Virus record (IMG/VR): IMGVR_UViG_3300008120_000334
Location: 1-55,282 of that record
Strand: one strand, 5' to 3'
DNA: 55,282 nucleotides
Source: a virus
Lineage: Duplodnaviria; Caudoviricetes
Under the pieces are notes generated by a model. The model did no database searches and was not told where the DNA came from. It saw only the letters and a list, made by a program, of their open reading frames with translations. Shown here one piece after another: positions 1 to 8,501 of the stretch. The position numbers and the translations under genes are program-made. Numbering within the stretch: the stretch's first letter is position 1; the number at the start of each line of letters is the position of its first letter.

Positions 1-206
1 AATAGCAGCGTCACACTGTTAATAATATATCTGCCCTTAATTATAGCATTTGCGCTATCGGGCAAACCTTCGCTAAGTATAGCGTTACATTGTACTATAT
101 CTTGCTCTAATAGAATACAATCACCTTGTACAAGACTATCAAGATGATGTGTATTGATATAGTCTCTATACAATACACCGTTCAATTCAATATTTGTTTT
201 TGTCAT
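1..206 (-). CDS. Hypothetical protein, runs off the left edge
   Basis: ATG at 204-206 (minus), frame open to position 1 (MTKTNIELNGVLYRDY...). Confidence 0.45.
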   Translation of the reverse strand, partial: MTKTNIELNGVLYRDYINTHHLDSLVQGDCILLEQDIVQCNAILSEGLPDSANAIIKGRYIINSVTLL

Positions 207-290
207 GTTTGTTTTACAATTATTGCTTACAATTATTATTAGTATAACAACTATCTAATTAAGACAGTTGCATTGTGGCATTAAGCCTAT

Positions 291-557
291 CTACTCCTTT
301 ATTTCCTTCTTACATTCACAACCACAACGAGCGCAAAGCATAGCATTATGAAACTTACTGCTATCTATTGTTGCGTTGTGTAACACTCCTTTTCTTTTCA
401 GGATAGTAGCTATACTTTCTGTTTTGTCGGTCTTTGCTGTTATCCTTATATACGATTCACCAAACGCATCCAGGTTGGTCCTGTGTTTTTCTAACTGGTC
501 GGCTGGTATTCCTATGATTGACTCGTTTAATACAGTTCCTTCTATTACGTTCTTCAT
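291..557 (-). CDS. Hypothetical protein with C-terminal CxxCxCxC
   Basis: ORF coupled to the HNH gene by an ATGA-type overlap at 554-557. Confidence 0.6.
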   Translation of the reverse strand: MKNVIEGTVLNESIIGIPADQLEKHRTNLDAFGESYIRITAKTDKTESIATILKRKGVLHNATIDSSKFHNAMLCARCGCECKKEIKE

Positions 558-904
558 TGTCTTTCTTTTATTTCCTTACTTGTCTTTCTTGTGTGGCACA
601 CGTGGCATAGCTGCTGCAAGTTGCTATACTCGTACATTTCACCACCCAGGCTAATAGGCTTAACGTGGTCAATCTCACGTTCTAAATACTTAATCATTCG
701 GCCCTTAACCATTCGAGACTTGAAACCAAAATCTTTCTTGCATATATCGCAAGTGGCTTGGCCTAACGATAGTCTATACTGAATATAACGCTTCTTGTAA
801 TCGCGCCACCTTTGCGTATTATAGTCTGCACTACTAACACCCCACTTTTGCGGTTTCTTTTCTTCTACCTGATAGGCCGACTTTAATGTTTTCCGTACTG
901 CCAT
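554..904 (-). CDS. HNH endonuclease (packaging-associated, HK97 gp74-like)
   Basis: CxxC...IDHVKPISLGG...NLQQLCHVCHTRKT HNH motif; lies upstream of TerS on the circular map. Confidence 0.9.
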   Translation of the reverse strand: MAVRKTLKSAYQVEEKKPQKWGVSSADYNTQRWRDYKKRYIQYRLSLGQATCDICKKDFGFKSRMVKGRMIKYLEREIDHVKPISLGGEMYEYSNLQQLCHVCHTRKTSKEIKERQ

Positions 905-1021
905 AATTAATATTTTATCTTTTTTGATTGGCTATTTTATAAAATATATCTGCGTAATACCGTGAAATCGTTGTACTATTTAAAGAATATTACACTTTAT
1001 TACTCTTTTTTGTATAACAAG

Positions 1022-1054
1022 TTTGTTATTATAACATTTGTTATATTACCTTTG
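1022..1054 (+). promoter_or_regulatory. Bacteroidota housekeeping-sigma promoter
   Basis: TTTG at 1022-1025 and TACCTTTG at 1047-1054 (TAnnTTTG consensus). Confidence 0.7.
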
Positions 1055-1094
1055 TATCAAGCAAACGGGAAAACAACTTTAAACAACTACTACA

Positions 1095-1274
1095 ATGACT
1101 ATTACTTGCACAGTTACAAAAAAGAGTTATAAGGTAAAAAAACAAGCTCATGTAAGCGCACTGCCTGAATGTAACATCTATGCAGATGCTTACATTTTTA
1201 CAGAAAATGGATGTAAAACTGTTAATATATATATATCAAAATCGGGTATATTTTATGCAGGCTTACCTAATTAA
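1095..1274 (+). CDS. Hypothetical 59-aa protein (not in ORF track)
   Basis: ATG 1095 to TAA 1274, directly after the promoter; its start context is identical to that of the next gene. Confidence 0.6.
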   Translation: MTITCTVTKKSYKVKKQAHVSALPECNIYADAYIFTENGCKTVNIYISKSGIFYAGLPN

Positions 1275-1315
1275 TTAATCAATCCAATCCCTCAACACTT
1301 AAAACAACTACTACA

Positions 1316-3394
1316 ATGACTCCTCAAATCTTACCAACAGAAACAAAAGAAACCTTAATCGCTGGTCAATACACTAAAAGCGAATGGTTGCAACTAACAC
1401 AAACTGAACGCCGCGAAATTAGCTATAATCGTTATTTGCAAAACGTTGCCAAGGCACCAAAAGTAAACTATGATAGCTTTATTTTGTCGGCACTGTACGA
1501 AATTATCTACTACATCTCAAACGGCTTATTTGAAGCGTTTAGCGTAGTAAAAGGCGATGTTACTGCAAACGTAACAATCAAAGATGAAAACGATTTTGTA
1601 GTTCAAATTCAAACACCTACACAGTACTTTCAAATTTGCGACGATAAGGACTTATTTTTTACCAAGTTGAATGTTAAAACTTTCGAGAAATTGGTAGGCG
1701 CAAAAACGGCCAAATTGTTGAAAGCTGAACTACCTACCGAAACAGTTAGCACAACTAACGAAGTTTTTGAAATTAGCAAAAGTAGCTGCAAAAAATTGTC
1801 TGCCATTCAGGTTAAAACCTACTCAACACCAAAAGAGTACAAAGCGATTTACTCCAATACTTCACATCAGTATTGGACGATAAATATATCAAGTAACAAC
1901 GAAATATTTTTTAAGCCTGTCAATGCCGTCGATTTTAAAATAAATCTTGAATACTTCGCAGGTTTTGAGTTTTTTTATTTTGAATCACGTGATTTTGTAA
2001 CCGTAACCGAAAAAACTACTGGAATGGTGATAGTGAAAAACTACAAAAATGAGTCTATGAATGAGAAATTATTCAAAATATCAGAAAATCAAAAACCATT
2101 TGCCGAAATTATAGCAAACAGCACAAAAAAACAACCATTCACAATTGAACCAAACGAAAGTATTGAATCAATCAACCAAAAAAGAATAGCACAAAATGAG
2201 ATTTATGTTTTTGGCACTACTCCAGAAGTTGAGCCGATAACCGAAACACAGCCCGAAACCAACGAAGAAAACGAAGTAGTAGAAAACGAAATTGAATCAG
2301 AAACTAACCAAGAACCACAAAACCAAACCGAAACCATGACAATTCAACCAACACAACCGCAAAAAGGACAAAGAGTAACAAGAAACGGAGAAAACGGCAC
2401 GATTGTTTCTGTCGAAAAAAACAGAGTTCAAGTAAATTTTGATGGCGGTTTTGCTTCGCTATTAAGATACGACGAATTTGAACTTTTGCAACCAACACAA
2501 CCGCAAATCAACGAAGCAAGCATTTTAGAGGCTAAAATCAAAAAAGCTGAAAAATTAGTACAAGTACTTGCTAATATTAAAAACCCATTAACCCACGCAA
2601 GAACTGACCGTTACTACTATGTTTTAAGAATCTACCAGTCATTAAAAGCAAAATTAAACGACCTGCGTAGTGCTTTACAACCGCAAACCCTAACAGTAGG
2701 TCAAGCTATCCAGTGCGACGGGTATAGATTAGTTGTAACAGCCGTTAAACAGGCTAAAAACGAAGTTGAGCCATCACAGGACGAACCAGTAGAACAACCA
2801 GCACAAGAACCAATCAAACCAAAAAGCAATATGAATTTTTACCCAACAACCGAAAAAGTAACCGTAGAAAATTACCCTTACGGCTACACACAAAGAACAA
2901 CCGCTTTTTATTCAATAGAATTTAAAAAGGGCTTTGGCTTTCGCAAAGTATTCCAAACCGTCAACCCCAAAACAGGCCGTTTAAACAATCCAAAAAACGG
3001 TAGCTATCACACAGCCGTACTTCTTAACAAAAACGAAGAAAACGGACATATTGAAAGCTACGCTTTGAGTTTTAATGGCTCAAAAGAAATAAATAGCGGA
3101 TGCAAGTTTATGGCTATAAACTTCGACCTATTTACGCCTGAACAAATCAAGTACATCTACAAAGAGCTTTACACCTACATTAAAGCAGATTTTCAAGCCC
3201 TTTGTACTTATTGTGGCGCAAATCCAGAAACATCTATTTGTGAATACAAAGACGCTTTAAACAACGCTGCAAAAGGCTTTAATACAGGCGAAAATGTTTT
3301 CTCTGAAATTACTTTAGACATTCAAGCAATTGAAGCTTTAAAAGTTCCCGATTTTCAACCGTTCAAAATTACAAGATACGAACGAATAGCATAA
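1316..3394 (+). CDS. Large mosaic early protein (692 aa) with acidic linkers and an SH3/KOW-like module
   Basis: Long ORF; E/P/Q/T-rich linkers; KGQRVT..GTIVSVEKNRVQVNFDGG module flanked by QPTQPQ repeats. Confidence 0.75.
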   Translation: MTPQILPTETKETLIAGQYTKSEWLQLTQTERREISYNRYLQNVAKAPKVNYDSFILSALYEIIYYISNGLFEAFSVVKGDVTANVTIKDENDFVVQIQTPTQYFQICDDKDLFFTKLNVKTFEKLVGAKTAKLLKAELPTETVSTTNEVFEISKSSCKKLSAIQVKTYSTPKEYKAIYSNTSHQYWTINISSNNEIFFKPVNAVDFKINLEYFAGFEFFYFESRDFVTVTEKTTGMVIVKNYKNESMNEKLFKISENQKPFAEIIANSTKKQPFTIEPNESIESINQKRIAQNEIYVFGTTPEVEPITETQPETNEENEVVENEIESETNQEPQNQTETMTIQPTQPQKGQRVTRNGENGTIVSVEKNRVQVNFDGGFASLLRYDEFELLQPTQPQINEASILEAKIKKAEKLVQVLANIKNPLTHARTDRYYYVLRIYQSLKAKLNDLRSALQPQTLTVGQAIQCDGYRLVVTAVKQAKNEVEPSQDEPVEQPAQEPIKPKSNMNFYPTTEKVTVENYPYGYTQRTTAFYSIEFKKGFGFRKVFQTVNPKTGRLNNPKNGSYHTAVLLNKNEENGHIESYALSFNGSKEINSGCKFMAINFDLFTPEQIKYIYKELYTYIKADFQALCTYCGANPETSICEYKDALNNAAKGFNTGENVFSEITLDIQAIEALKVPDFQPFKITRYERIA

Positions 3395-3448
3395 AGCGGC
3401 CAAAAACTAAGGGTGAAAAAATAATTTAAAAAAATTCACCCTTACCTA

Positions 3449-3478
3449 TTGTATATTACAACTATTGTTGTATATTTG
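3449..3478 (+). promoter_or_regulatory. Bacteroidota-type promoter preceded by a 10-bp inverted repeat
   Basis: TATATTTG at 3471-3478; TAAGGGTGAA (3408-3417) / TTCACCCTTA (3435-3444). Confidence 0.6.
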
Positions 3479-3513
3479 TACAGGATTTAACGATAACCAA
3501 AAACATTAAAAAA

Positions 3514-3723
3514 ATGACACACATACAAGCACTCGAAAACGCTGTAAATAGCACAAAAGTAGAAGGTTTAAAAATTAACCAGTACTATTTTGAAGACAAA
3601 AGAAAAAAAACAGAAATGTATTTTCTTAGCCTAAATAATACTTGCATAAGCCCTAAACTTAATTATGACAATATGAATCATTTTATTTTAGGATTTTCTA
3701 AAGCATTAAGTTTAAATTTTTAA
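3514..3723 (+). CDS. Hypothetical protein
   Basis: First ORF after the promoter, A-rich leader. Confidence 0.65.
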   Translation: MTHIQALENAVNSTKVEGLKINQYYFEDKRKKTEMYFLSLNNTCISPKLNYDNMNHFILGFSKALSLNF

Positions 3724-3735
3724 ATCAGTACCGCA

Positions 3736-4200
3736 ATGAATAAGCCAACTTGTATAATCACGATAGGAATGGGCGGAGCTGGTAAAACAACCGTTTTAAA
3801 CCGCCTTTTTCCAAATGTCACCATTAACGATTGCGACAAATGGAAAGTTTCACACCCTGAATACGACCCAAAAAGACCCGAACTTGTACATGAATGGTCA
3901 ACGATTCAGCAAGAACGTGAGCGGTTTCAACTACTTGCAAAAGGCGAAACTTTCGCTATTGACTCAACAGGAAAAAATATTGAAAAAGTCGCCCGTTGGA
4001 TTAATGACGCAAAATTGGCAGGTTTCAATGTCCACGTTCTTTATGTTCGTGTAAAAGTTCAAACCGCTTTAGCCCGTAACGCTAAAAGAACACGTGTCGT
4101 GCCTTTAGAGGTGATTTTAGAGGCCGCTGGTATGGTTGAGACTGCTTACAGTGTTTTAAGTGCTTATAGTGATTCAAACGAAGTTATTGAAAACGATTAA
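3736..4200 (+). CDS. P-loop kinase (AAA_33 / zeta-toxin-like)
   Basis: Walker A GMGGAGKTT, IDSTG Walker-B-like motif, ALARNAKRTRVVP lid motif. Confidence 0.8.
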   Translation: MNKPTCIITIGMGGAGKTTVLNRLFPNVTINDCDKWKVSHPEYDPKRPELVHEWSTIQQERERFQLLAKGETFAIDSTGKNIEKVARWINDAKLAGFNVHVLYVRVKVQTALARNAKRTRVVPLEVILEAAGMVETAYSVLSAYSDSNEVIEND

Positions 4201-4206
4201 ACTAAT

Positions 4207-4416
4207 ATGACAATGAAAACTCAAAACGAACTAATTGCTTACTATACAAAAAACCTCAACAAAGTAATAGCTTCACATGGAGTTGACAGCGATTTTACAA
4301 ATTATGCGTTTTTTCTATTGCAAGCCGTAAAAATAAATGTTCCATTTGAAAAGATATTTGAATGGGCAAAAAATAAATGCGAAGCACTTCATTTAGAGGC
4401 GTTAGAACTAATTTAA
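4207..4416 (+). CDS. Hypothetical protein
   Basis: Tightly packed ORF in the operon. Confidence 0.6.
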   Translation: MTMKTQNELIAYYTKNLNKVIASHGVDSDFTNYAFFLLQAVKINVPFEKIFEWAKNKCEALHLEALELI

Positions 4417-4437
4417 CCATTTAAACCACCAAAAACC

Positions 4438-4704
4438 ATGAAACCTACCTTAAAACCTGCCAATATTGAGCAAATTTTAAATTTTGCCAATAACAACCCC
4501 TCAGCAATTGAGCCAACTAAACTAAAAGCCCTTTACACATTGATTCAAAAAAGAGGCGAACCAATAGAGACGGAAGACCCAAAACTAAACGGTGTTTTCT
4601 GCCTAAGAATAACAGACAATCAACTTATTGCCATTAAGCGAATTGGGCCAAAAGATAAATTTTTTCCTTGCGCCCTTAATACTTACCTTTTAAACGAGAT
4701 TTAA
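4438..4704 (+). CDS. Hypothetical protein
   Basis: Tightly packed ORF in the operon. Confidence 0.6.
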   Translation: MKPTLKPANIEQILNFANNNPSAIEPTKLKALYTLIQKRGEPIETEDPKLNGVFCLRITDNQLIAIKRIGPKDKFFPCALNTYLLNEI

Positions 4705-4707
4705 CTA

Positions 4708-4932
4708 ATGACACCCGAACAAACAAAAATCATGGCCAAACGTCTCAAGCAATTGAGAATTGAAAGCGGCCTTACTCACGCGCAAATTGCCGAAAAAATG
4801 GGGCCAGGATATAAGGCCCCCCGAATTTACAACATTGAATCTGGATTAAAGCCCGTTGGCCTAAAAATGATTGAAAGCTATGCCTCTGCTTGTGGTTATA
4901 GGCTCAATTTGGAGTTTGAAAAAATAAAATAG
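4708..4932 (+). CDS. XRE-family HTH transcriptional regulator
   Basis: LKQLRIESGLTHAQIAEKMG...IYNIESG HTH_3 pattern. Confidence 0.85.
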   Translation: MTPEQTKIMAKRLKQLRIESGLTHAQIAEKMGPGYKAPRIYNIESGLKPVGLKMIESYASACGYRLNLEFEKIK

Positions 4933-5136
4933 CCAATACGTCAAATAGCTTTTAGGGCTGCTTAAATGTAGCCCTATTGCAAATATAACAATTATTAACA
5001 AAACAATGATTGTTACACAAATATTTTGCATGGCAACGGGTCAAAACAGGCGAATTTTATCTAACTCCATTCATCCTTAATTTAAACCGTTCATACTATA
5101 TCTTGATTTTTGTATTGACAGCAACCAAAAAAGTGC

Positions 5137-5144
5137 TATCTTTG
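5137..5144 (+). promoter_or_regulatory. Bacteroidota -7 promoter element
   Basis: TATCTTTG followed by TATCAAG, as at the 1047 promoter. Confidence 0.6.
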
Positions 5145-5175
5145 TATCAAGTTAAACGCTAAACAAAAAGACAAA

Positions 5176-5508
5176 ATGAAATTTCACTTAGTTTTCGCCC
5201 AAAACACAAAAAGCCCATATTACGTAGGAGATGATAGATTGTTTTCTCTATGGAAGGCTTCAGAAAACATTCTTCGGAATATGGATAAAAATTTCCGTTC
5301 CGCAAAATTTGAAATCCCGCAATTTAGACTTGATAAACCTACTGGAAAATCAATAGAAGGGTTTGTTATCGAATGTAGCGACATAGTAGCATTGTCGGTT
5401 GCGTTTGGTGAAATTGCAAAAATGATAAGTATAGACGCTACTGTAAAGTTCCCTGTTGAAATTCACCCAGAAGGCTTGACAGACACTTACTCAAGATTTT
5501 TAATATGA
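5176..5508 (+). CDS. Hypothetical protein
   Basis: First ORF after the promoter. Confidence 0.65.
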   Translation: MKFHLVFAQNTKSPYYVGDDRLFSLWKASENILRNMDKNFRSAKFEIPQFRLDKPTGKSIEGFVIECSDIVALSVAFGEIAKMISIDATVKFPVEIHPEGLTDTYSRFLI

Positions 5509-5551
5509 CCCCAAACACACACGGCTTTACGCCATCAAACAATTACGCAAA

Positions 5552-5866
5552 ATGAAAACTACAAACACTATCCGCAAAGCAATCGCCAATGGTTTTACTC
5601 GTAAAAATTACTCTTGTGACCTTATCGCAGACGCGGCTTGCTATTTAGAAAATTTGGCAAGAACTGGAAAACTCTCATACGAAGAAATTGAAGGAGAAAT
5701 AAGAGGCGGAAGAACGCAGTTTTTGTACGCATTTGACCAAAAGACAGGATTTACTTTTGAACAAGATGGTGATATTACCGAAATAATAGACCAGCCTTAC
5801 ACTACGTTTCAATGTGACTTTGAAACTGGTGTTGTGTACAAAATTACAGCTAACTGGACAAAATAA
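5552..5866 (+). CDS. Hypothetical protein
   Basis: ORF coupled to the next gene (TAATG). Confidence 0.65.
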   Translation: MKTTNTIRKAIANGFTRKNYSCDLIADAACYLENLARTGKLSYEEIEGEIRGGRTQFLYAFDQKTGFTFEQDGDITEIIDQPYTTFQCDFETGVVYKITANWTK

Positions 5867-6057
5867 TGACCCCAAAAAACACGCACGGCGGCTCCCGTGG
5901 TGGTGGCCGCCCCCCAAAACCAGAAAGCCAGAAAAAAGCCAAGATGGTACAGTTTCGCCCATCACACGAAGTCGCTCAGATATTGAGCAAGCAAAAGAAT
6001 AAGACAAAGTTTATTGAGGAGGTGGTTTTGTATTTTACCGAAAAAACCCAAAAATAA
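5866..6057 (+). CDS. Small DNA-binding protein (GGxRxGGGRP hook plus RHH-like segment)
   Basis: HGGSRGGGRPPK followed by a beta-strand and helices; last gene of a promoter-led module. Confidence 0.6.
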   Translation: MTPKNTHGGSRGGGRPPKPESQKKAKMVQFRPSHEVAQILSKQKNKTKFIEEVVLYFTEKTQK

Positions 6058-6082
6058 ATATTAAAAATCTCTTGTTTAGTAT

Positions 6083-6102
6083 TGTATGAAATCATACATT
6101 TG
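6083..6102 (+). promoter_or_regulatory. Palindromic operator overlapping a promoter
   Basis: TGTATGA-AA-TCATACA (6083-6098) overlaps TACATTTG (6095-6102); second copy at 6300-6321. Confidence 0.65.
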
Positions 6103-6118
6103 CAAAACCTAATACAAA

Positions 6119-6286
6119 ATGACGGGCGAAGAACTTAAAATATTGAGAGAAAAAGCGGGATTAACGCAAATAGAACTTGCTGAAAAGATAGGGACATTTC
6201 ACCCTGTTATTTCAGGATGGGAAAACGGTAAGCACAAAATAAGCCGTGCTTATTTGCGTATTTTGCAATCATTCTTTAAAGTTTGA
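6119..6286 (+). CDS. XRE/Cro-like HTH regulator, 55 aa (not in ORF track)
   Basis: MTGEELKILREKAGLTQIELAEKIGTFHPVISGWENGK... Confidence 0.85.
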   Translation: MTGEELKILREKAGLTQIELAEKIGTFHPVISGWENGKHKISRAYLRILQSFFKV

Positions 6287-6388
6287 TTTTTTTGCCTACT
6301 ATTGTATGAAGTTATACAATAAATTACTAACAAAAACCCCTTGTCGCCGTAGGAAGCATTAACAAGGGGTCTAAAACAAGCACGTTTT

Positions 6389-6541
6389 ATGTCACAAAGA
6401 ACACAAGTTTCGACCAAAAAAGCAAACCGTTCAGTAAACGGTAAAACTCAAACTACAAAGGTAGATGGGCTTCGAGAAAAAAGCCTCCGCGATTACGAAG
6501 AGATTTTAGGCAAATCATTGAGCACTGAAAACTTTGCTTAA
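6389..6541 (+). CDS. Hypothetical 50-aa protein (not in ORF track)
   Basis: ATG 6389 to TAA 6541, ends 2 nt before the antirepressor start. Confidence 0.45.
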   Translation: MSQRTQVSTKKANRSVNGKTQTTKVDGLREKSLRDYEEILGKSLSTENFA

Positions 6542-6543
6542 TC

Positions 6544-7245
6544 GTGCAGGAAATCATCAAGTTGATACCGAATGAGCAAGGCTCAAAAGCGGTAAGTGCA
6601 AGGGCGTTGTACGATTATTTGGGGTATGACAAAAGTCAATGGAAACGGTGGTATAAAAAGAACATTGAAGAAAATCCTTTTGCGCCACAAAATCAGGATT
6701 GGGTAGTTTTCGACATGATGTCGAGTACAGACGGAGGTAGGCCAACCAAAGATTTTGCCCTATCTCTGGAGTTTGCTAAGAAATTGGCGATGATGTCGAG
6801 AACTGAAAAAGGGGAACAAGCAAGAAACTATTTTTTGGAATGCGAAAAAGAAGCCGTTTCTGTAAAATCAAACACCACCTCTCCTGTTCAGCAAATTGAA
6901 GCCCATACCAAACGACCTGTTCAAGTAGAAAATGCCAAAGGTGCGAATAAGTATAGCTTTCAACATGGCAATAAAGAGGCGTGTATTGACTGGAATAGAA
7001 AGGTAGCTTTTCACTTTACCAAAATGACTCCTTACGAATTAAAGGAGTGGGCTAAAAAGAAAGGGCTTCCCGCTAAGGCTCGAACGTCGGGCAAAGAAGT
7101 GATTCGTCAGGTTAGGCCAGACAAAGCCGCAGGGGTATCAGTTGCGGATTTTTTTCATGCAATGGGCGAAGACGACGAAACCGCTTTAAAATTAGGAGAA
7201 ATGTCAATTCCTTTGGTAAACAAACTTTTGCAGTACAATAAGTAG
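6544..7245 (+). CDS. AntA/AntB-family antirepressor
   Basis: AVSARALYDYLG...GGRPTKDFALSLEFAKKLAMMSRTEKGEQARNYFLECEK. Confidence 0.9.
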   Translation: MQEIIKLIPNEQGSKAVSARALYDYLGYDKSQWKRWYKKNIEENPFAPQNQDWVVFDMMSSTDGGRPTKDFALSLEFAKKLAMMSRTEKGEQARNYFLECEKEAVSVKSNTTSPVQQIEAHTKRPVQVENAKGANKYSFQHGNKEACIDWNRKVAFHFTKMTPYELKEWAKKKGLPAKARTSGKEVIRQVRPDKAAGVSVADFFHAMGEDDETALKLGEMSIPLVNKLLQYNK

Positions 7246-7264
7246 TATTTTAACTTTATCCACA

Positions 7265-7302
7265 TCATTAACCATCTTATTAATTTAAGGTGGTTAATGA
7301 TA
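7265..7302. terminator. Hairpin between convergent antirepressor and integrase remnant
   Basis: ATCATTAACCATCTTA / TAAGGTGGTTAATGAT inverted repeat. Confidence 0.55.
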
Positions 7303-7313
7303 TCTTTGTATAC

Positions 7314-7790
7314 CTACTGCCACTTCACCACCAAATCCACGCGCTCACGTTCAACCTTGGCGTAATCGCGTATATTCTTTACTTCGCAGCCCATCATTCG
7401 AGCAGTAGTTTCAAGGTCGTACTTATGAACATTTAGGCAGATATGAGCAAAAGTTTTCCGACCAATCTTGGAAGAAAGCCCAATGCTGATACCTGCCATT
7501 TGTTCGAGTACCTTTAGGCGTTCATTGAACTTTACGGGGTGCATAGCAGGAAGCCCCGAAACCTGCTTTTTATTGCGTCGTTGACCCTTAAAAGTGGCTT
7601 CAATCTGTCCTCCGTAATCTGAAATTATTTTTATCGGTATTGGGTGCATTTTTTGCTCAATGGTGGATAAGTGTTCGTCAAAAGTTTTTTTTCGGTTTTT
7701 GATAAGCCAAACGTAGCCGTCAATCACTTTAAAGTCTTCCTTGGTTAGTTCCAGATAATCCCCAATGCGCGTACCCCGTGTGATTCTTGA
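7314..7790 (-). pseudogene. 5'-truncated tyrosine recombinase (integrase catalytic domain only)
   Basis: The frame extends upstream of the GTG to GTRIGD (box I Arg) and then hits a stop with no ATG; SSKIGRKTFA...MMGC...DYAKV box II; arm- and core-binding domains are absent. Confidence 0.75.
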
Positions 7791-7877
7791 AACCGAGCAT
7801 TTCCGACACCTCCTGTTGGGTCAAATTGGCCTGTTTTCTAAGTTTTTTTAAATTTTCTCCTATTTTCATAGTAACAA

Positions 7878-7909
7878 TTTGTTATTTTAAATATAATTAA
7901 CTAATTTTG
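7878..7909 (+). promoter_or_regulatory. Promoter of the replication operon
   Basis: TTTG 7878-7881 and TAATTTTG 7902-7909; similar to the 14218-14249 promoter. Confidence 0.65.
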
Positions 7910-7990
7910 ATAATCAAATGGTACGACAAATATTATACTAAATACTTTAAGTACCTAATTAAGGTAATATTAATTTATTAAACGGTAAAC

Positions 7991-8206
7991 ATGAAACTAA
8001 TTGACAGAACGCTAAAAATGAGAATGGAGAACATTCACGACGAAATCCCTAAGTTTTGGAGGAATTTGGCGAAGGATATTGACCCAGAGGTTGATTTAAT
8101 GACAATGCGAAATGTCTATAAAGGCAGGTCGCACGATGAATACTCTGTTAAAATGTTCGAGAAAATTGTTATTAAAAATAGAGCTTTACAGGCCGTAGAA
8201 CACTAA
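7991..8206 (+). CDS. Small protein, possibly Cro-like
   Basis: First gene of the replication operon; TMRNVYKGRS resembles a recognition helix. Confidence 0.5.
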   Translation: MKLIDRTLKMRMENIHDEIPKFWRNLAKDIDPEVDLMTMRNVYKGRSHDEYSVKMFEKIVIKNRALQAVEH

Positions 8207-8210
8207 AGCC

Positions 8211-8501
8211 ATGTCCTACTTTAACACCACCCACGAAACAGGCCAAACTTTGGTAGAAGCCAAAGCAAAAGCCAATACACAAAACGAATTGATTATGGAC
8301 TTCTTTAAAGGCGGTGCAAAGTTCACCCCTTGGGGAGTGTACAGCCAATTACTTGCCTTGGGGCGCATCAGCAACAGCGTACCAATTACTTCTATTCGCA
8401 GGTCAATTTCAAGCCTGTACAAAGAGGGGTATTTGGTGAAATTGAAAGAAAAGAGACGCGAGAGACTTGGGAAGCCGAATTATTTTTATCAGAAAGCATA
8501 A
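8211..8501 (+). CDS. Winged-helix-like DNA-binding protein
   Basis: PITSIRRSISSLYKEGYLVK helix-wing pattern. Confidence 0.65.
   Translation: MSYFNTTHETGQTLVEAKAKANTQNELIMDFFKGGAKFTPWGVYSQLLALGRISNSVPITSIRRSISSLYKEGYLVKLKEKRRERLGKPNYFYQKA

Noticed and set aside
7265-7302. attP site next to the integrase remnant
   Set aside because: Only a hairpin is visible. No core or arm repeats can be supported without a host sequence.
8330-8500. Extended N-terminus of the initiator ORF
   Set aside because: It overlaps the upstream gene. ATG 8501 is TAATG-coupled and begins the recognisable domain.
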